A DNA stretch of 64,000 nt from an uncultured Arcobacteraceae bacterium (GTDB lineage Bacteria; Campylobacterota; Campylobacteria; Campylobacterales; Arcobacteraceae). The notes under the pieces were generated by a model. The model was not told the origin of the DNA and searched no databases. It saw nothing but the letters and a program-made list of their open reading frames with translations. Every line of letters begins with the position of its first letter. The stretch's first letter is position 1. The stretch covers positions 1 through 64,000 of the forward strand of contig CAXHZO010000005.1 in assembly GCA_964022095.1 (NCBI GenBank), given 5' to 3'. A program made the translations under genes and the position numbers. Of this stretch, positions 1-10,471 are shown piece by piece.

Positions 1-1
1 T

Positions 2-769
2 GATTTCATATAATGGGAAAACAAGTGAATCAACTGCTAAATCAGAAACTTCAATTGTTTGATTTGGAGCAAATTTCCACTCAGTTGTACAAGCAGACAT
101 TGCATTTATAAATACAGGACCTTCTGTATCAAAACCTCTTTGGATTTTTTTAACCATATCTTTCCATTTATTTGGAGCAACTTGTGCAACATAAGGAGAA
201 CCATGTGCTGCCATAATTGATACAATATCTTTTTTCTGTCTTTTTTCACCATAAGAATGAGTTCCAGCAGGTGCAGTTGTTGTACTTGAACCAATTGGTG
301 TTGAAGAAGATCTCTGCCCTCCTGTGTTTGCATAAACTTCGTTGTCTAAACAAACATACATAAAGTCATGTCCTCTTTCAAAACAACCAGAAATCCATTG
401 GAAACCGATATCATAAGTCGAACCATCTCCACCAAAAGTTACAAATTTTGGTTGAGGTGTATCTTCACTAATTCTACCTTTATTTCTTAAGGCTTTGTTC
501 ATTGTTTCAACACCTGCCATTGCAGTTGAAGAGTTTTCAAATCCAATATGAATCCAAGAACAATCCCAAGAAGTATGAGGATAGATTGCAGTACAAACCT
601 CTAAACAACCAGTTGAAGCTGAAACTACTAAGTTGTCATTTGTTGCATTTAATACTTCTCTTACAATAATTGAGTGCGCACATCCTGGACATAAAAGGTG
701 AGAACCTTCAAATCTTTCAGCAGCCGTTGAGAACGTTTTTAAGTTCTTAATTACTTTTTGTGTACTCAT
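2..769 (-). CDS. porB: pyruvate:ferredoxin oxidoreductase beta subunit (3' end beyond window edge)
   Basis: Manual translation from ATG at 769: MSTQKVIKNLKTF...LLCPGCAH...TGCLEV...GGDGSTYDIG...LDNEVYANTGGQRS (TPP-binding GDG...N motif); follows porA; absent from ORF track because truncated. Confidence 0.93.
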   Translation of the reverse strand, partial: MSTQKVIKNLKTFSTAAERFEGSHLLCPGCAHSIIVREVLNATNDNLVVSASTGCLEVCTAIYPHTSWDCSWIHIGFENSSTAMAGVETMNKALRNKGRISEDTPQPKFVTFGGDGSTYDIGFQWISGCFERGHDFMYVCLDNEVYANTGGQRSSSTPIGSSTTTAPAGTHSYGEKRQKKDIVSIMAAHGSPYVAQVAPNKWKDMVKKIQRGFDTEGPVFINAMSACTTEWKFAPNQTIEVSDLAVDSLVFPLYEI

Positions 770-770
770 C

Positions 771-2006
771 TTATAATCCTTCCACATTATAGAAGCTTAA
801 TTCTGGACCTCTAACACCAACTAATTTTTGGATGTTTCCAGAAATTTTACCTTCTTTAGCGTCTTTATCTAATGTTCTAAATATATCTTTTAATCCTGCA
901 ACTGTCATATCTCTCCCACCTAATCCATAGATTAAGTTAGTCATTAATGGTCTTGCAGGTGTGTTAAATAATGCACCTGATACTTCATTGTATAATGCAC
1001 CTACAGTTCCTCCAGGAGCACTTCTATCCATACATGCAACTGCTTTTACACTTTGAAGTTGAGCTGCAACTTCTTCAAGGGGGAATGGTCTAAATAATCT
1101 TGGTGCAACAACACCAGCTTTTATACCTTCTTCTTTTAATTGATCAATTGCTATCATTGCTGTTTCAAAAGTTGAACCTAAACAAACAATTGCAACTTGG
1201 GCATCTTCCATTCCGTAAGATTCAACTACTTTGTATTCTCTTCCAGTTAATTCTTTAAATTCTGCAAAAATTTCTTCAATAATTTTTTTAGAACCCATTA
1301 AAGCTGCATGTTGTTTTGCTTTATGTTCAAAGTGCCAATCTTGTTCTGTTTGTACACCATGAGTTACAGGTTTGTCAAAGTTTAATAATGCATTTACTTG
1401 TAAATACTCTCCAACAAATTTAGCTGCAACATCATCTTTTAATGGCTTAACATTTTGAGCTGTATGTGAAGTCATAAATCCATCTTGATTAGAAATCACT
1501 GGAAGTCTAACATCTGGATGCTCAGAAATTTTAAATGACATTAATGTCATATCGTATGCTTCTTGAGGTGAAAATGCATCTATTGAAATCCAACCGGCAT
1601 CTCTTGTTAAGTATAAATCAGAGTGGTCACCGTTTACATTTAAAGGTGCAGCCAATGCTCTATTTACTAAACATAATACAACTGGTATTCTCATACCTGA
1701 TGCTTGATATAAAACTTCAATCATAAGTGCTAAACCTTGAGATGAAGTTGCTGTTGCAACTCTACCACCTGCAGCTCCTGCACCAACACATCCTGACATT
1801 GCAGCATGTTCTGATTCAGTCATAATAACTTCACCATCAATATGTCCGTTTGCATGGAACATTGCGTAATTTTCAACTGTAGCAGTAGAAGGAGTAATAG
1901 GATAAGCAGCAACAACATCAACATCAGCTTGTCTTAAAGCTTGAGAGTTTGCCATGTTTCCATCCCAAACCTCTACTTCTTTTAATTCCATAACTTTTTT
2001 ATTCAT
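771..2006 (-). CDS. porA: pyruvate:ferredoxin oxidoreductase alpha subunit
   Basis: AAYPITPST, ESEHAAMS, TATSSQGL, YGLGGRD motifs. Confidence 0.95.
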   Translation of the reverse strand: MNKKVMELKEVEVWDGNMANSQALRQADVDVVAAYPITPSTATVENYAMFHANGHIDGEVIMTESEHAAMSGCVGAGAAGGRVATATSSQGLALMIEVLYQASGMRIPVVLCLVNRALAAPLNVNGDHSDLYLTRDAGWISIDAFSPQEAYDMTLMSFKISEHPDVRLPVISNQDGFMTSHTAQNVKPLKDDVAAKFVGEYLQVNALLNFDKPVTHGVQTEQDWHFEHKAKQHAALMGSKKIIEEIFAEFKELTGREYKVVESYGMEDAQVAIVCLGSTFETAMIAIDQLKEEGIKAGVVAPRLFRPFPLEEVAAQLQSVKAVACMDRSAPGGTVGALYNEVSGALFNTPARPLMTNLIYGLGGRDMTVAGLKDIFRTLDKDAKEGKISGNIQKLVGVRGPELSFYNVEGL

Positions 2007-2011
2007 TATTA

Positions 2012-2419
2012 CTAACCTTTCTTCTTTTTCTCAGGCCATTTACTTAAAGCGTCTTCTACTGTTTCAAACTCATTAAACATTAATAATGACTTTGGATTAG
2101 TGGGACAAACACTTACACATAGTCCACAACCTTTACAGTGTTCGTAATCTACACCTTTCATCTCTTTATTTCTAGCAATAATAGATGAATCTGGACAGAA
2201 AATCCAACAGTTTTGACAGTCAATACATGTTTCAGAGTTCCAAACTGGTTTAATAACTCTCCAGTCTCCAACACTCATACTTTTTGAACTTGTCTCTGAA
2301 TATTTTCTATCTTCTGGCTGAATCTCAGCAATATTATAATCTACATCTCCATCGAATGTATATAAAGCAGCACCTGGTACTAGCTCATCCCATCCCATTT
2401 CATTAATTGGTTTACTCAT
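2012..2419 (-). CDS. porD: pyruvate:ferredoxin oxidoreductase delta subunit (2x4Fe-4S)
   Basis: GDWRVIKP; CIDCQNCWIFCP and CKGCGLCVSVCP. Confidence 0.93.
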   Translation of the reverse strand: MSKPINEMGWDELVPGAALYTFDGDVDYNIAEIQPEDRKYSETSSKSMSVGDWRVIKPVWNSETCIDCQNCWIFCPDSSIIARNKEMKGVDYEHCKGCGLCVSVCPTNPKSLLMFNEFETVEDALSKWPEKKKKG

Positions 2420-2431
2420 AATCTTTTTCCT

Positions 2432-2995
2432 TTAATGAACTTCATCATATGCACGTTGAATTGCTAACATGTTTGCTTCAACTATATTTTCAGGTAACTT
2501 TTTAAGTACACCTTTCATTTTATCTTTAAAATAGTCTAACTCATACATACCACTAACTTTCATAAATGCACCTAGCATTGGAGTATTAGGAATAGCTCTT
2601 CCAATTGTATCTCTAGCAATTTGGAAACAGTCTAATATAAATACTCTATTTTTTATATCTTGTAAGTCTGGAACTAAATCAATTAGTTCATCTTTGCTAA
2701 GGTGAGTTGTAATTATATATTTTGTAGTATCTTTCCCATTAGCAGTTATATCATCTGTTAAAGCAAGACCTGGATCTAAAATGAATACATAATCAGGGCT
2801 CATATATTTTTCGTGATTTAAAATTGGCTCATCATCAATTCTATTATAGGCAGTCATAGACGCACCTCTTTTAGCTGATCCATAAAATGCAAATGCTTGT
2901 ACTTGTTTTCCAGATTCAGCAACAATCGAACCAAGACCTTTTGCACCTGTTACAGCACCTTGACCTGCTCGGCTATGCCATCTAATTTCTAACAT
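2432..2995 (-). CDS. porG: pyruvate:ferredoxin oxidoreductase gamma subunit
   Basis: MLEIRWHSRAGQGAVT, YGSAKRGA, PNTPMLGA. Confidence 0.93.
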   Translation of the reverse strand: MLEIRWHSRAGQGAVTGAKGLGSIVAESGKQVQAFAFYGSAKRGASMTAYNRIDDEPILNHEKYMSPDYVFILDPGLALTDDITANGKDTTKYIITTHLSKDELIDLVPDLQDIKNRVFILDCFQIARDTIGRAIPNTPMLGAFMKVSGMYELDYFKDKMKGVLKKLPENIVEANMLAIQRAYDEVH

Positions 2996-3183
2996 AGAGG
3001 CTCCTTAATAAATATTAAAATTGACTTAAAAAAAATAATTAGTCTTTTATATTATAGAAGTTTTTAACTTATAACGAACTTTTATTAAAATTTAAGTGCA
3101 TTAAAGTGTAACAAAAATAAACATTCTTTAATCCTTTTTTTTCTAAAATTAAATTTATTTTATGATATTTTTATTATTTATAG

Positions 3184-3214
3184 TTTAAAAGTACTTATTA
3201 ATAGTACTTTTAAA
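3184..3214. repeat. perfect 12-bp inverted repeat (terminator or operator)
   Basis: TTTAAAAGTACT-N7-AGTACTTTTAAA between the HAD gene end and the por promoter region. Confidence 0.5.
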
Positions 3215-3314
3215 ATTATTTAAAGAGGGGTTGAAAAGCTATAAATTAGTTTTAATAATTCTTATATAAATGTATTATTTATATATTAGTTTTAAAAATT
3301 AAGTTAAATTAAAG

Positions 3315-3974
3315 TTAATAATTTAACTTTTTAATTAATTCAACTGCTTGATAAGTTTCATTTTTTATATTTTTTGTATATTTTTGCAGTTCATCTTGTG
3401 TTCCATAACCACATAAAACTCCAACACTATTTATATGTGCTTCATTTGCAGCAATTAAATCTAACTTAGTATCACCTATCATCCAAACATTGTTTAAATC
3501 ACTTGAATAGTTCATGTCTTTTAATGTTTTTAAAATTGGTTCTGGATGAGGCTTTGGATTTTCTACGCACTCTCTTCCTGTAACTATTTCAAAATGTTTA
3601 TTTATATTAAAGTGCTCTAATAATGGAATAGTGTATTTTCTTGTTTTTGTAGTAACAACTGAAACTCTAGCAAAAGATGATGCTAATTCTAAAGATTTTA
3701 TTGCATCATCTAAAAGTAGTGTTTTAATTGTTGAAATGTCTTTATATCTATTTTTATAAGCAGCTACAAAGTCCCAAGCATTGTTTTCTTTTATTCCAAG
3801 CTGTTTATACATAATATCTAATGGATAACCAATAAGTGCTTTTATATCTTCATCTGTTCCTTTAAATTGATAATCCATTACTTTAAATGAATGATGAAAT
3901 GTAGATACTATTGCATCAGTTGAGTCTATTAATGTGCCATCTAAATCAAATAGTATTACTATGTCTTTTTGCAT
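3315..3974 (-). CDS. HAD-family hydrolase (phosphoglycolate phosphatase-like)
   Basis: FDLDGTLIDS, KPHPEP, MIGDT motifs. Confidence 0.88.
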   Translation of the reverse strand: MQKDIVILFDLDGTLIDSTDAIVSTFHHSFKVMDYQFKGTDEDIKALIGYPLDIMYKQLGIKENNAWDFVAAYKNRYKDISTIKTLLLDDAIKSLELASSFARVSVVTTKTRKYTIPLLEHFNINKHFEIVTGRECVENPKPHPEPILKTLKDMNYSSDLNNVWMIGDTKLDLIAANEAHINSVGVLCGYGTQDELQKYTKNIKNETYQAVELIKKLNY

Positions 3975-3975
3975 T

Positions 3976-5475
3976 TTATTCCTTAATCCAATCTTCTAAG
4001 TTATGTGTAACACCAACAAAAGATGGTTCTATATTTTTAATTTTACTATTTACTACTGTAATAGAGTTTGGGATATATAAAAACAAATATGGTAAATCAT
4101 CTGCTATGATTGAGTATATATTTTTATAAATCTTGCTAAGTTTTTCTTGATCAACTGTAATTGAACCTTCTTCAATAAGTTTATCAACTTCTTTATTGTC
4201 ATAGTTTACTAAATTAAAGCCACCAAGTTTCGAACTTGAACTATGCCATAAAGGATATGCATCAGGCATTAAAGATAAAGACCAACCTAAAATAACTGCT
4301 TCAAAGTTTCTTGGATGAACAACAGTATTTAAAAATGCTTGCCACTCCATTACTCTAATTTTCATTTTTACACCAGCTTTTGCTAATTGGTATTGTAGTA
4401 TTTGAGCTGCGTTTATTCTTATATCATTTCCTGTGTTTGTAACAACTTCAAATGTAAAGGGATTTGATTCATCATAACCTAACTCTTTTAGTAAATCTTT
4501 TGCTTTTTTTATATTTTGAATTGGAGTTTTAACCTTATCATTATATGCAAAAGAACCAGGTAAAAAAGGACCATTACAAACTTGTCCATGGCCAAAGAAA
4601 AGTATATCAACTAACTCTTCTCTATTTACTGCTAAAGATAATGCTTGTCTTACTTTTTTATTTTTGAATTTTTCATTTTTAAGATTAAATCCTAAGTATG
4701 AATATGAGAAGCTTGGTTTTTCAATAATAGTGTAATCTTTTTTAAATTTATCATCTATTTGTCTATCAACTTGAATTGGAGTTAATCCTCCTAAGTCTAA
4801 TTTTTTTTGTTTTAAATATAAAAATGATGTGTTAGGATCTGGTAAAAACTGAAATAAAAGTTTTTCAATTTTTGGTTTACCTTTAAAATAGTTTTCATTT
4901 GCAGTTAATTCTATATTAGCTCCTACTTTAAACTCTTTAAGTTTATATGGACCTGTACCTATTGGATTTTTATTAAATGAACTCGTCATTAAATCTTTTT
5001 CATTTTCTAATAAATGTTTTGGTAATATCCCACTCATCCAAATAACTAATGCCTTAAAGTATGGATTTTTGTATATAACTTCAATTGTATAATCATCAAG
5101 TGCTTTTACGCTTTTTACTTCTTTAAAATTTGATTTAATTGAATTGAAAATTTTAGGATCAATAATCTTTTCATATGTGAAAATTACATCATTTGCTGTT
5201 AATTTTTCTCCATCGTGCCATAATACATTTTCTTTTAGTTTTATGATAAGTTTTGTGGGTGTTTCAAACTTATAAGATGCTGCTAAGTCTAAATCAATAT
5301 TTCCATTTTTATCATATTTAAATAATCCATTAAAAAGCCAATTTGAAATTTGTGTACTTGCCGTGTCATTTGCAAGAATAGGATTTAACCTACTTGGACT
5401 TGAACTAATTGATAAGTTTAATGTTGAAGCATTTAAATATAAAAAAAGACTTAGAATTATTAATAGTGATTTCAT
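3976..5475 (-). CDS. ABC peptide/nickel-type substrate-binding protein (family 5)
   Basis: Signal peptide; LNPIL, WHDG...TANDV, PIGTGPY, VRQALSLAVNRE. Confidence 0.88.
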   Translation of the reverse strand: MKSLLIILSLFLYLNASTLNLSISSSPSRLNPILANDTASTQISNWLFNGLFKYDKNGNIDLDLAASYKFETPTKLIIKLKENVLWHDGEKLTANDVIFTYEKIIDPKIFNSIKSNFKEVKSVKALDDYTIEVIYKNPYFKALVIWMSGILPKHLLENEKDLMTSSFNKNPIGTGPYKLKEFKVGANIELTANENYFKGKPKIEKLLFQFLPDPNTSFLYLKQKKLDLGGLTPIQVDRQIDDKFKKDYTIIEKPSFSYSYLGFNLKNEKFKNKKVRQALSLAVNREELVDILFFGHGQVCNGPFLPGSFAYNDKVKTPIQNIKKAKDLLKELGYDESNPFTFEVVTNTGNDIRINAAQILQYQLAKAGVKMKIRVMEWQAFLNTVVHPRNFEAVILGWSLSLMPDAYPLWHSSSSKLGGFNLVNYDNKEVDKLIEEGSITVDQEKLSKIYKNIYSIIADDLPYLFLYIPNSITVVNSKIKNIEPSFVGVTHNLEDWIKE

Positions 5476-5510
5476 ACAGTATTGTATAATGTTTTTTTAA
5501 AAAAAGGCAT

Positions 5511-5540
5511 AAAAAAAGGAAGCAATTTCTTGCTTCCTTT
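5511..5540 (-). terminator. intrinsic terminator of rplM-rpsI
   Basis: minus strand AAAGGAAGCAA-GAAA-TTGCTTCCTTT followed by T run. Confidence 0.8.
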
Positions 5541-5585
5541 GGATTTTGAAAAGCGGTAATAAATACCAAATATTCCAATAAGAGA

Positions 5586-5975
5586 TTATCTTTTTGAGAA
5601 CTGAGTAGACTTTCTTGCTTTTCTTCTTCCGTATTTCTTTCTTTCAACAGATCTTGCATCTCTTGTTAATAAACCGTAAGGTTTTAAGATAGTTCTGAAT
5701 TGCTCATCAAAAGCAACTAATGCTCTAGAAATACCATGTCTTGCAGCGTCAGCTTGTGCAGAGTAACCTCCACCTAAAGTTTTAACTACGATATTAACAG
5801 AAGTTTCTTGTTTTGCTACAACTAATGGTTGCATAACTCTTTTTTTGATTGATTCGTGTCCACCTAACCATGCGTCTAAAGATTGACCATTGATAGTTAG
5901 TTCACCGTTACCTGATTCTAACCATACTTTAGCGATAGATGATTTTCTTCTTCCTGTTGCGTAAACTTTTGCCAT
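5586..5975 (-). CDS. rpsI: 30S ribosomal protein S9
   Basis: YATGRRKSS ... RKSTQFSKR. Confidence 0.98.
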   Translation of the reverse strand: MAKVYATGRRKSSIAKVWLESGNGELTINGQSLDAWLGGHESIKKRVMQPLVVAKQETSVNIVVKTLGGGYSAQADAARHGISRALVAFDEQFRTILKPYGLLTRDARSVERKKYGRRKARKSTQFSKR

Positions 5976-5980
5976 TAGTC

Positions 5981-6400
5981 TTATCCTTTAATTTGCGCAG
6001 TGTGTGGGTGTTCTTCACCTGCATATACTTTTAATTTTTTTAACATCGCTTTACCAAGAGTAGTTTTTGGTAACATACCTCTTGTTGCTAATTTGAATAA
6101 TTTTTCTGGATTTTTCTCTAACATGTCAGACATTTTGTGAGTTTTAGTACTACCAAAGTATCCTGAGTGAGTATAATAGTTTTTAGTCTCTATTTTATTA
6201 CCAGTAAATTTAGCTTTTGATGCATTGATAATTACAACGTAATCTCCACAGTCCACATTTGGAGTGAAGTTAGGTTTGTTTTTACCTCTTAAGATAGTTG
6301 CTACCTCAGTAATTATTCTACCGAATACTTTACCTTGTGCATCTACTACTATCCAATCTCTTTCGATTTCGTTAGCTTTCGCCATTTGAGTAAATTTCAT
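5981..6400 (-). CDS. rplM: 50S ribosomal protein L13
   Basis: [28 protein letters not shown]. Confidence 0.98.
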   Translation of the reverse strand: MKFTQMAKANEIERDWIVVDAQGKVFGRIITEVATILRGKNKPNFTPNVDCGDYVVIINASKAKFTGNKIETKNYYTHSGYFGSTKTHKMSDMLEKNPEKLFKLATRGMLPKTTLGKAMLKKLKVYAGEEHPHTAQIKG

Positions 6401-6476
6401 TTATTTTCTCCGCTTTTATTAATGAGGTGGAATAATAGTGTAGTAATACTTATATTTAACTTAAATTAAGTATTAT

Positions 6477-7853
6477 TTAATATTTTATGCAAAATTTAGA
6501 GCCTTTTGCAAATTCAGAGCTTACTTCAAGTGTAAAATTATGTAAAGAAAGGATTGCTTGAACTATAAATAAGCCAAGTCCCAATGAGTTGTTCCATCCG
6601 TTTTTAGAGATTCTATAGAATTTTTGATTAATATTATCTAACTCTTTTTGCTCAATTCCAATTCCCTTATCAATTACACATAATTCATTTTCAGAAATAT
6701 TGATTGTAACTTCATCTTCTGAATATTTTAAAGCATTTTCAATTAAATTTGTAATGGCCATAGAAATAAGTGTCTCATCAACTTTTAAAGTTACATCTTC
6801 TCCTGTAACTTTGATATCTCTATCTTTATATTTGTCTTCTAAATCAGAAATTGAGCTTTCAACAATTTTTTTTATGGATAGAGGTACTACAATTAATTCT
6901 TGCTTTCCTTCTTCTAGTTTTAGTGTTAATCTCAATTTATCAATTATATTTGACATTTTTTGTGAATTTGAGTGTATTTTTGATAAAAACTTATGTTCCA
7001 TAGTTTTTGGAAGATCTCTATCATTCATAATAGTTTCACTATATCCAGAAATTACTGCAATAGGGTTTTTAAATTCATGTGAAATTGCAGAGATTATTTC
7101 ATCTTTTTGTTTATTCGCAAGCTTTAGTTTTGCAGTTTGCTTGGCTTTTTGTTTATTCTTTTTTGAGAGTTTTAAAGCCACTTTATTTAAAAGTTTTGTT
7201 ATTTCATAAAACTCTTTTGTATATCTTGATTTCAATCTTCTAGGAGGCTTTTTATTTGAAAGTTCTGTTAGAAAATCTAAGATATTATCAGTTTCATTTT
7301 TGATTTTTAAACTAATAAAATATGTAGCTAAAAAAGCAATTATTAAAAAAAATGTAATAAATGAAAAAATCTGTAAGGCTAATTTTGCAAAGTTGTCAGT
7401 GATTTTATCTGTATAATCAGCCATTCTTATAAAATATATTTTTTTATCTATTGTAATTTTTTTTGCAACATATAAAAGCTCTTTTTTTAAGGTGTCAGAA
7501 AACCTTATACTTTTACCTATCCCAAAATCTTTAGCTAATAGAACCTCTTGTCTATTTGCATGATTTTCCATTAAAGATTTATCTTTATCACTCTCAGCGA
7601 TAATATTACCTTTTTCATCTATTAGTGTAACTCTTAAGTTTATATGAGCTTTTAAATCTTTAATTAAATAATCAATATTGTTTAAATCTTTTAAAACAAC
7701 TGATAGTGTATCAAGGTTTTGAACTAAGTTTTTTTCAATTTGATTCATATAAATATTTTTAGACCAATAGTAAGTAATTAGACTAAGTGTTAATAAAATA
7801 GCTAGAAAAATAAGAGTAAATGTTCTAAGGAAAAGTTGATGAATTTTTAACAA
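6477..7853 (-). CDS. phoR: sensor histidine kinase, PhoR-like
   Basis: Two TM helices, H-box SHEFKNP, NLIENALKY, DKGIGI, GLGLFI; last gene of pst-phoU-RR operon. Confidence 0.82.
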   Translation of the reverse strand: MLKIHQLFLRTFTLIFLAILLTLSLITYYWSKNIYMNQIEKNLVQNLDTLSVVLKDLNNIDYLIKDLKAHINLRVTLIDEKGNIIAESDKDKSLMENHANRQEVLLAKDFGIGKSIRFSDTLKKELLYVAKKITIDKKIYFIRMADYTDKITDNFAKLALQIFSFITFFLIIAFLATYFISLKIKNETDNILDFLTELSNKKPPRRLKSRYTKEFYEITKLLNKVALKLSKKNKQKAKQTAKLKLANKQKDEIISAISHEFKNPIAVISGYSETIMNDRDLPKTMEHKFLSKIHSNSQKMSNIIDKLRLTLKLEEGKQELIVVPLSIKKIVESSISDLEDKYKDRDIKVTGEDVTLKVDETLISMAITNLIENALKYSEDEVTINISENELCVIDKGIGIEQKELDNINQKFYRISKNGWNNSLGLGLFIVQAILSLHNFTLEVSSEFAKGSKFCIKY

Positions 7854-8521
7854 AAGATGTAACCCTCTCCTCTAACAGACTTAATGTATTCTTTTGTTCC
7901 CTCAGGATCGATTTTTGCTTTTAGTCTTTTTACTGCAACATTAACAGTCTTTACTTTTTTATCAAAAGAGTCTTCCCACACAGTATTTAATAAATGCTCT
8001 CTTGTCATTAGAATATCTTTATTTTTAAAAAATTCTAAAAAAAGATCATGCTCTAAGTGAGTTAGTTCTATTGCTTTTTCACTTACATAAAATTTTTTAT
8101 TAGAAGATTTATATATTATATCTCTAACTTTTAGTATATCAACATCTTTAGATGTTCTTTTTATAACAGCTTTTACCCTCGCAGTTAGCTCTTTTAGGTT
8201 AAATGGTTTGGTAATATAATCATCTGCATGAGAATCAAAACCTTCTAATATATCTTCATCTTTATCTTTTGCTGTTACATAAATCACAGGATTAGCATAG
8301 CCATCCTCTCTAATTTTATTAATAAATGCAGTACCTTCACTTCCTGGAAGGTTTCTATCCATCAAAATTAAGTCAACATCCTCTTCTTCAAGAAGCTTTT
8401 TTACATTTGAATCAGCATTTAAAAATCCTATTGTTTCAAATCCCTCTTTTTGTAGTGTGTATTCTAATAATTCTAAGATATCTTCTTCATCTTCTACAAT
8501 AAGTATTAATTTACTTGACAT
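7847..8521 (-). CDS. phoB: OmpR/PhoB-family response regulator
   Basis: Receiver (EDEED, LMDRNLPG, DDYITKPF) plus winged helix (IKSVRGEGY); pho context. Confidence 0.85.
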   Translation of the reverse strand: MSSKLILIVEDEEDILELLEYTLQKEGFETIGFLNADSNVKKLLEEEDVDLILMDRNLPGSEGTAFINKIREDGYANPVIYVTAKDKDEDILEGFDSHADDYITKPFNLKELTARVKAVIKRTSKDVDILKVRDIIYKSSNKKFYVSEKAIELTHLEHDLFLEFFKNKDILMTREHLLNTVWEDSFDKKVKTVNVAVKRLKAKIDPEGTKEYIKSVRGEGYIFC

Positions 8522-8990
8522 TCTCTTCTTCTTTTAAATTTTTTTCTTTTGGAATGATTTCTTTTTCTTCTGTAATTTTTTTATTTGGTCTATCATCGTC
8601 ATATTCTATTACAGTGTCTTTTGAAATTTTAATAACACCAGGTGAAAATTTAACTGCTAAAATTCTAAATATAAAGAAAATAAATATTACAAAAAGTAAA
8701 AATGTAATATCAAAATAATCTCTATTTTTGTTAGTTGTTAAAATAATTACATCTCTAATTAAAAAGATGATGAATATATCAATAACAAATCGAAGTCTTA
8801 ATTTCTCTTTTTTTATGAAATCTGAAATCATTTTTATAACTTCCATTACAACAATGAATTCAAGCATAAGGATAATAGCTTTATAAAAATCTAGTCCTAT
8901 AACAAAAATTGAGATAAACACAATTGCTGCTACAAGGACTTCAATATTCCAACCTAGATAGTTTCGTACTTTATTTAATGTATTTTTCAT
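8511..8990 (-). CDS. psiE: phosphate-starvation-inducible PsiE-like membrane protein
   Basis: Several TM helices, LRFVIDIFIIFLIRDVII; lies between phoU and phoB; start trimmed to MKNTL. Confidence 0.7.
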   Translation of the reverse strand: MKNTLNKVRNYLGWNIEVLVAAIVFISIFVIGLDFYKAIILMLEFIVVMEVIKMISDFIKKEKLRLRFVIDIFIIFLIRDVIILTTNKNRDYFDITFLLFVIFIFFIFRILAVKFSPGVIKISKDTVIEYDDDRPNKKITEEKEIIPKEKNLKEEENVK

Positions 8991-9015
8991 AAGGTGATTA
9001 TAACACAAATAAATT

Positions 9016-9684
9016 TTAAGATTTAGTTATTTCTCCACCTAATTTTGCAAATTGTAATAAACTTGCAATTGCAACAGATCTATCAGCAACTTTTTCTAAT
9101 CTTCTTAAAGAAGTTAAGATTTCAAAGTAATCTTTTGATAAATCGATATTTTTTGTAATAAGCTTTAAAATATTTTTTTGAACCATTGAGTATAAATCAT
9201 CTGTTTTACTTTCCTCAACAGTTACTCTTTGATATTTTTCATTTATTATTGCTTCTTCATTCTCATTAATCATAGTTGTTGATGTTTTTAAAGATAAGTG
9301 TGCAGATCTTAACAATGGAATTGTATACTCTAAAATCGTTCCCTTATTTAAATCATCACTAAATGATTTTCTAAAAAGTTTTGTAAACTCTTTTACATTT
9401 CCAGCACTTCTAACTAGTTCATTACTAATTTTTAAATAAGCAACTATTGCTCTTAAATCACTTGCTTCTGGTGAATGTAAAGCTAATGTTTTAACAATTA
9501 AATTATCAATTTCATCAGATTGTGTGATTATTTGTTTCACAGATAAATCAATCTTTTTTAAATCACTTAATTCATCATTTTTTATAGCTTTTAATGCATC
9601 TTCTAATGCATCCACAACATTTTGTCCTATTGATTCAATGCTTTCTTTTATATAATCTAAATTTTCTTTGTAAGGTTTTAACAT
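9016..9684 (-). CDS. phoU: phosphate signalling protein PhoU
   Basis: PEASDLR...ELVR, LEKVADRSVAIA; follows pstB. Confidence 0.88.
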   Translation of the reverse strand: MLKPYKENLDYIKESIESIGQNVVDALEDALKAIKNDELSDLKKIDLSVKQIITQSDEIDNLIVKTLALHSPEASDLRAIVAYLKISNELVRSAGNVKEFTKLFRKSFSDDLNKGTILEYTIPLLRSAHLSLKTSTTMINENEEAIINEKYQRVTVEESKTDDLYSMVQKNILKLITKNIDLSKDYFEILTSLRRLEKVADRSVAIASLLQFAKLGGEITKS

Positions 9685-10457
9685 TATCCAAATCTCCCTG
9701 TAATATAATCTTCTGTTTTTTTGTTGCTTGGGTTTACAAATATTGTATCTGTTTCATCATATTCAATAAGTTTACCTAAGTGAAAAAATGCTGTATAATC
9801 AGCAACTCTAGCAGCTTGTTGCATATTATGTGTAACAGTAATAATTGAGTAATCTTTTTTTAACTCTAACATTAGCGCTTCAATTTTTTCTGTACTAATT
9901 GGGTCAAGGGCACTTGTTGGTTCATCCATTAAAATAACTTCAGGTTTAACTGCAATTGTTCTTGCTATACATAATCTTTGTTGCTGTCCACCTGAAAGTG
10001 AAGTTCCTGGGTCAGTTAATTTATCCTTTACTTCATTCCAAAGTCCAGCTTTAATAAGTGAAGTTTCAACTAACTCATCAGTCTGTTTTCCTTTATTTAC
10101 AATTCCATGCTTTAAAGGTGCATAAGCAACATTATCATAGATTGATTTTGGGAAAGGGTTTGGTTGTTGAAAAACCATTCCAATTTTCTTTCTAACACTT
10201 ACTTCATCAATATCTTTATCGTAAATATTTTTTTTATCAATAACTATTTCCCCTTTGATGTTTACAATTGGAATTAAGTCATTCATTCTATTAATACATC
10301 TTAAAAATGTAGATTTACCACAACCAGAAGGTCCAATTAATGCAGTGATTTTATTTTCATATAATTCTGCATTTATGTCATGTAAAGCGTGATTGTCTCC
10401 ATACCATAAGTTAAGATTCTTTACATTGATTTTTACGTTATTATCATTTTTTCCCAT
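9684..10457 (-). CDS. pstB: phosphate ABC transporter ATPase
   Basis: [34 protein letters not shown]; start trimmed to MGKND. Confidence 0.96.
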   Translation of the reverse strand: MGKNDNNVKINVKNLNLWYGDNHALHDINAELYENKITALIGPSGCGKSTFLRCINRMNDLIPIVNIKGEIVIDKKNIYDKDIDEVSVRKKIGMVFQQPNPFPKSIYDNVAYAPLKHGIVNKGKQTDELVETSLIKAGLWNEVKDKLTDPGTSLSGGQQQRLCIARTIAVKPEVILMDEPTSALDPISTEKIEALMLELKKDYSIITVTHNMQQAARVADYTAFFHLGKLIEYDETDTIFVNPSNKKTEDYITGRFG

Positions 10458-10471
10458 TTTTGTTTCCCTTA

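Noticed and set aside
106..333. 75-aa ORF in the track
   Set aside because: Alternative frame inside porB, which is open from 769 to the window edge.
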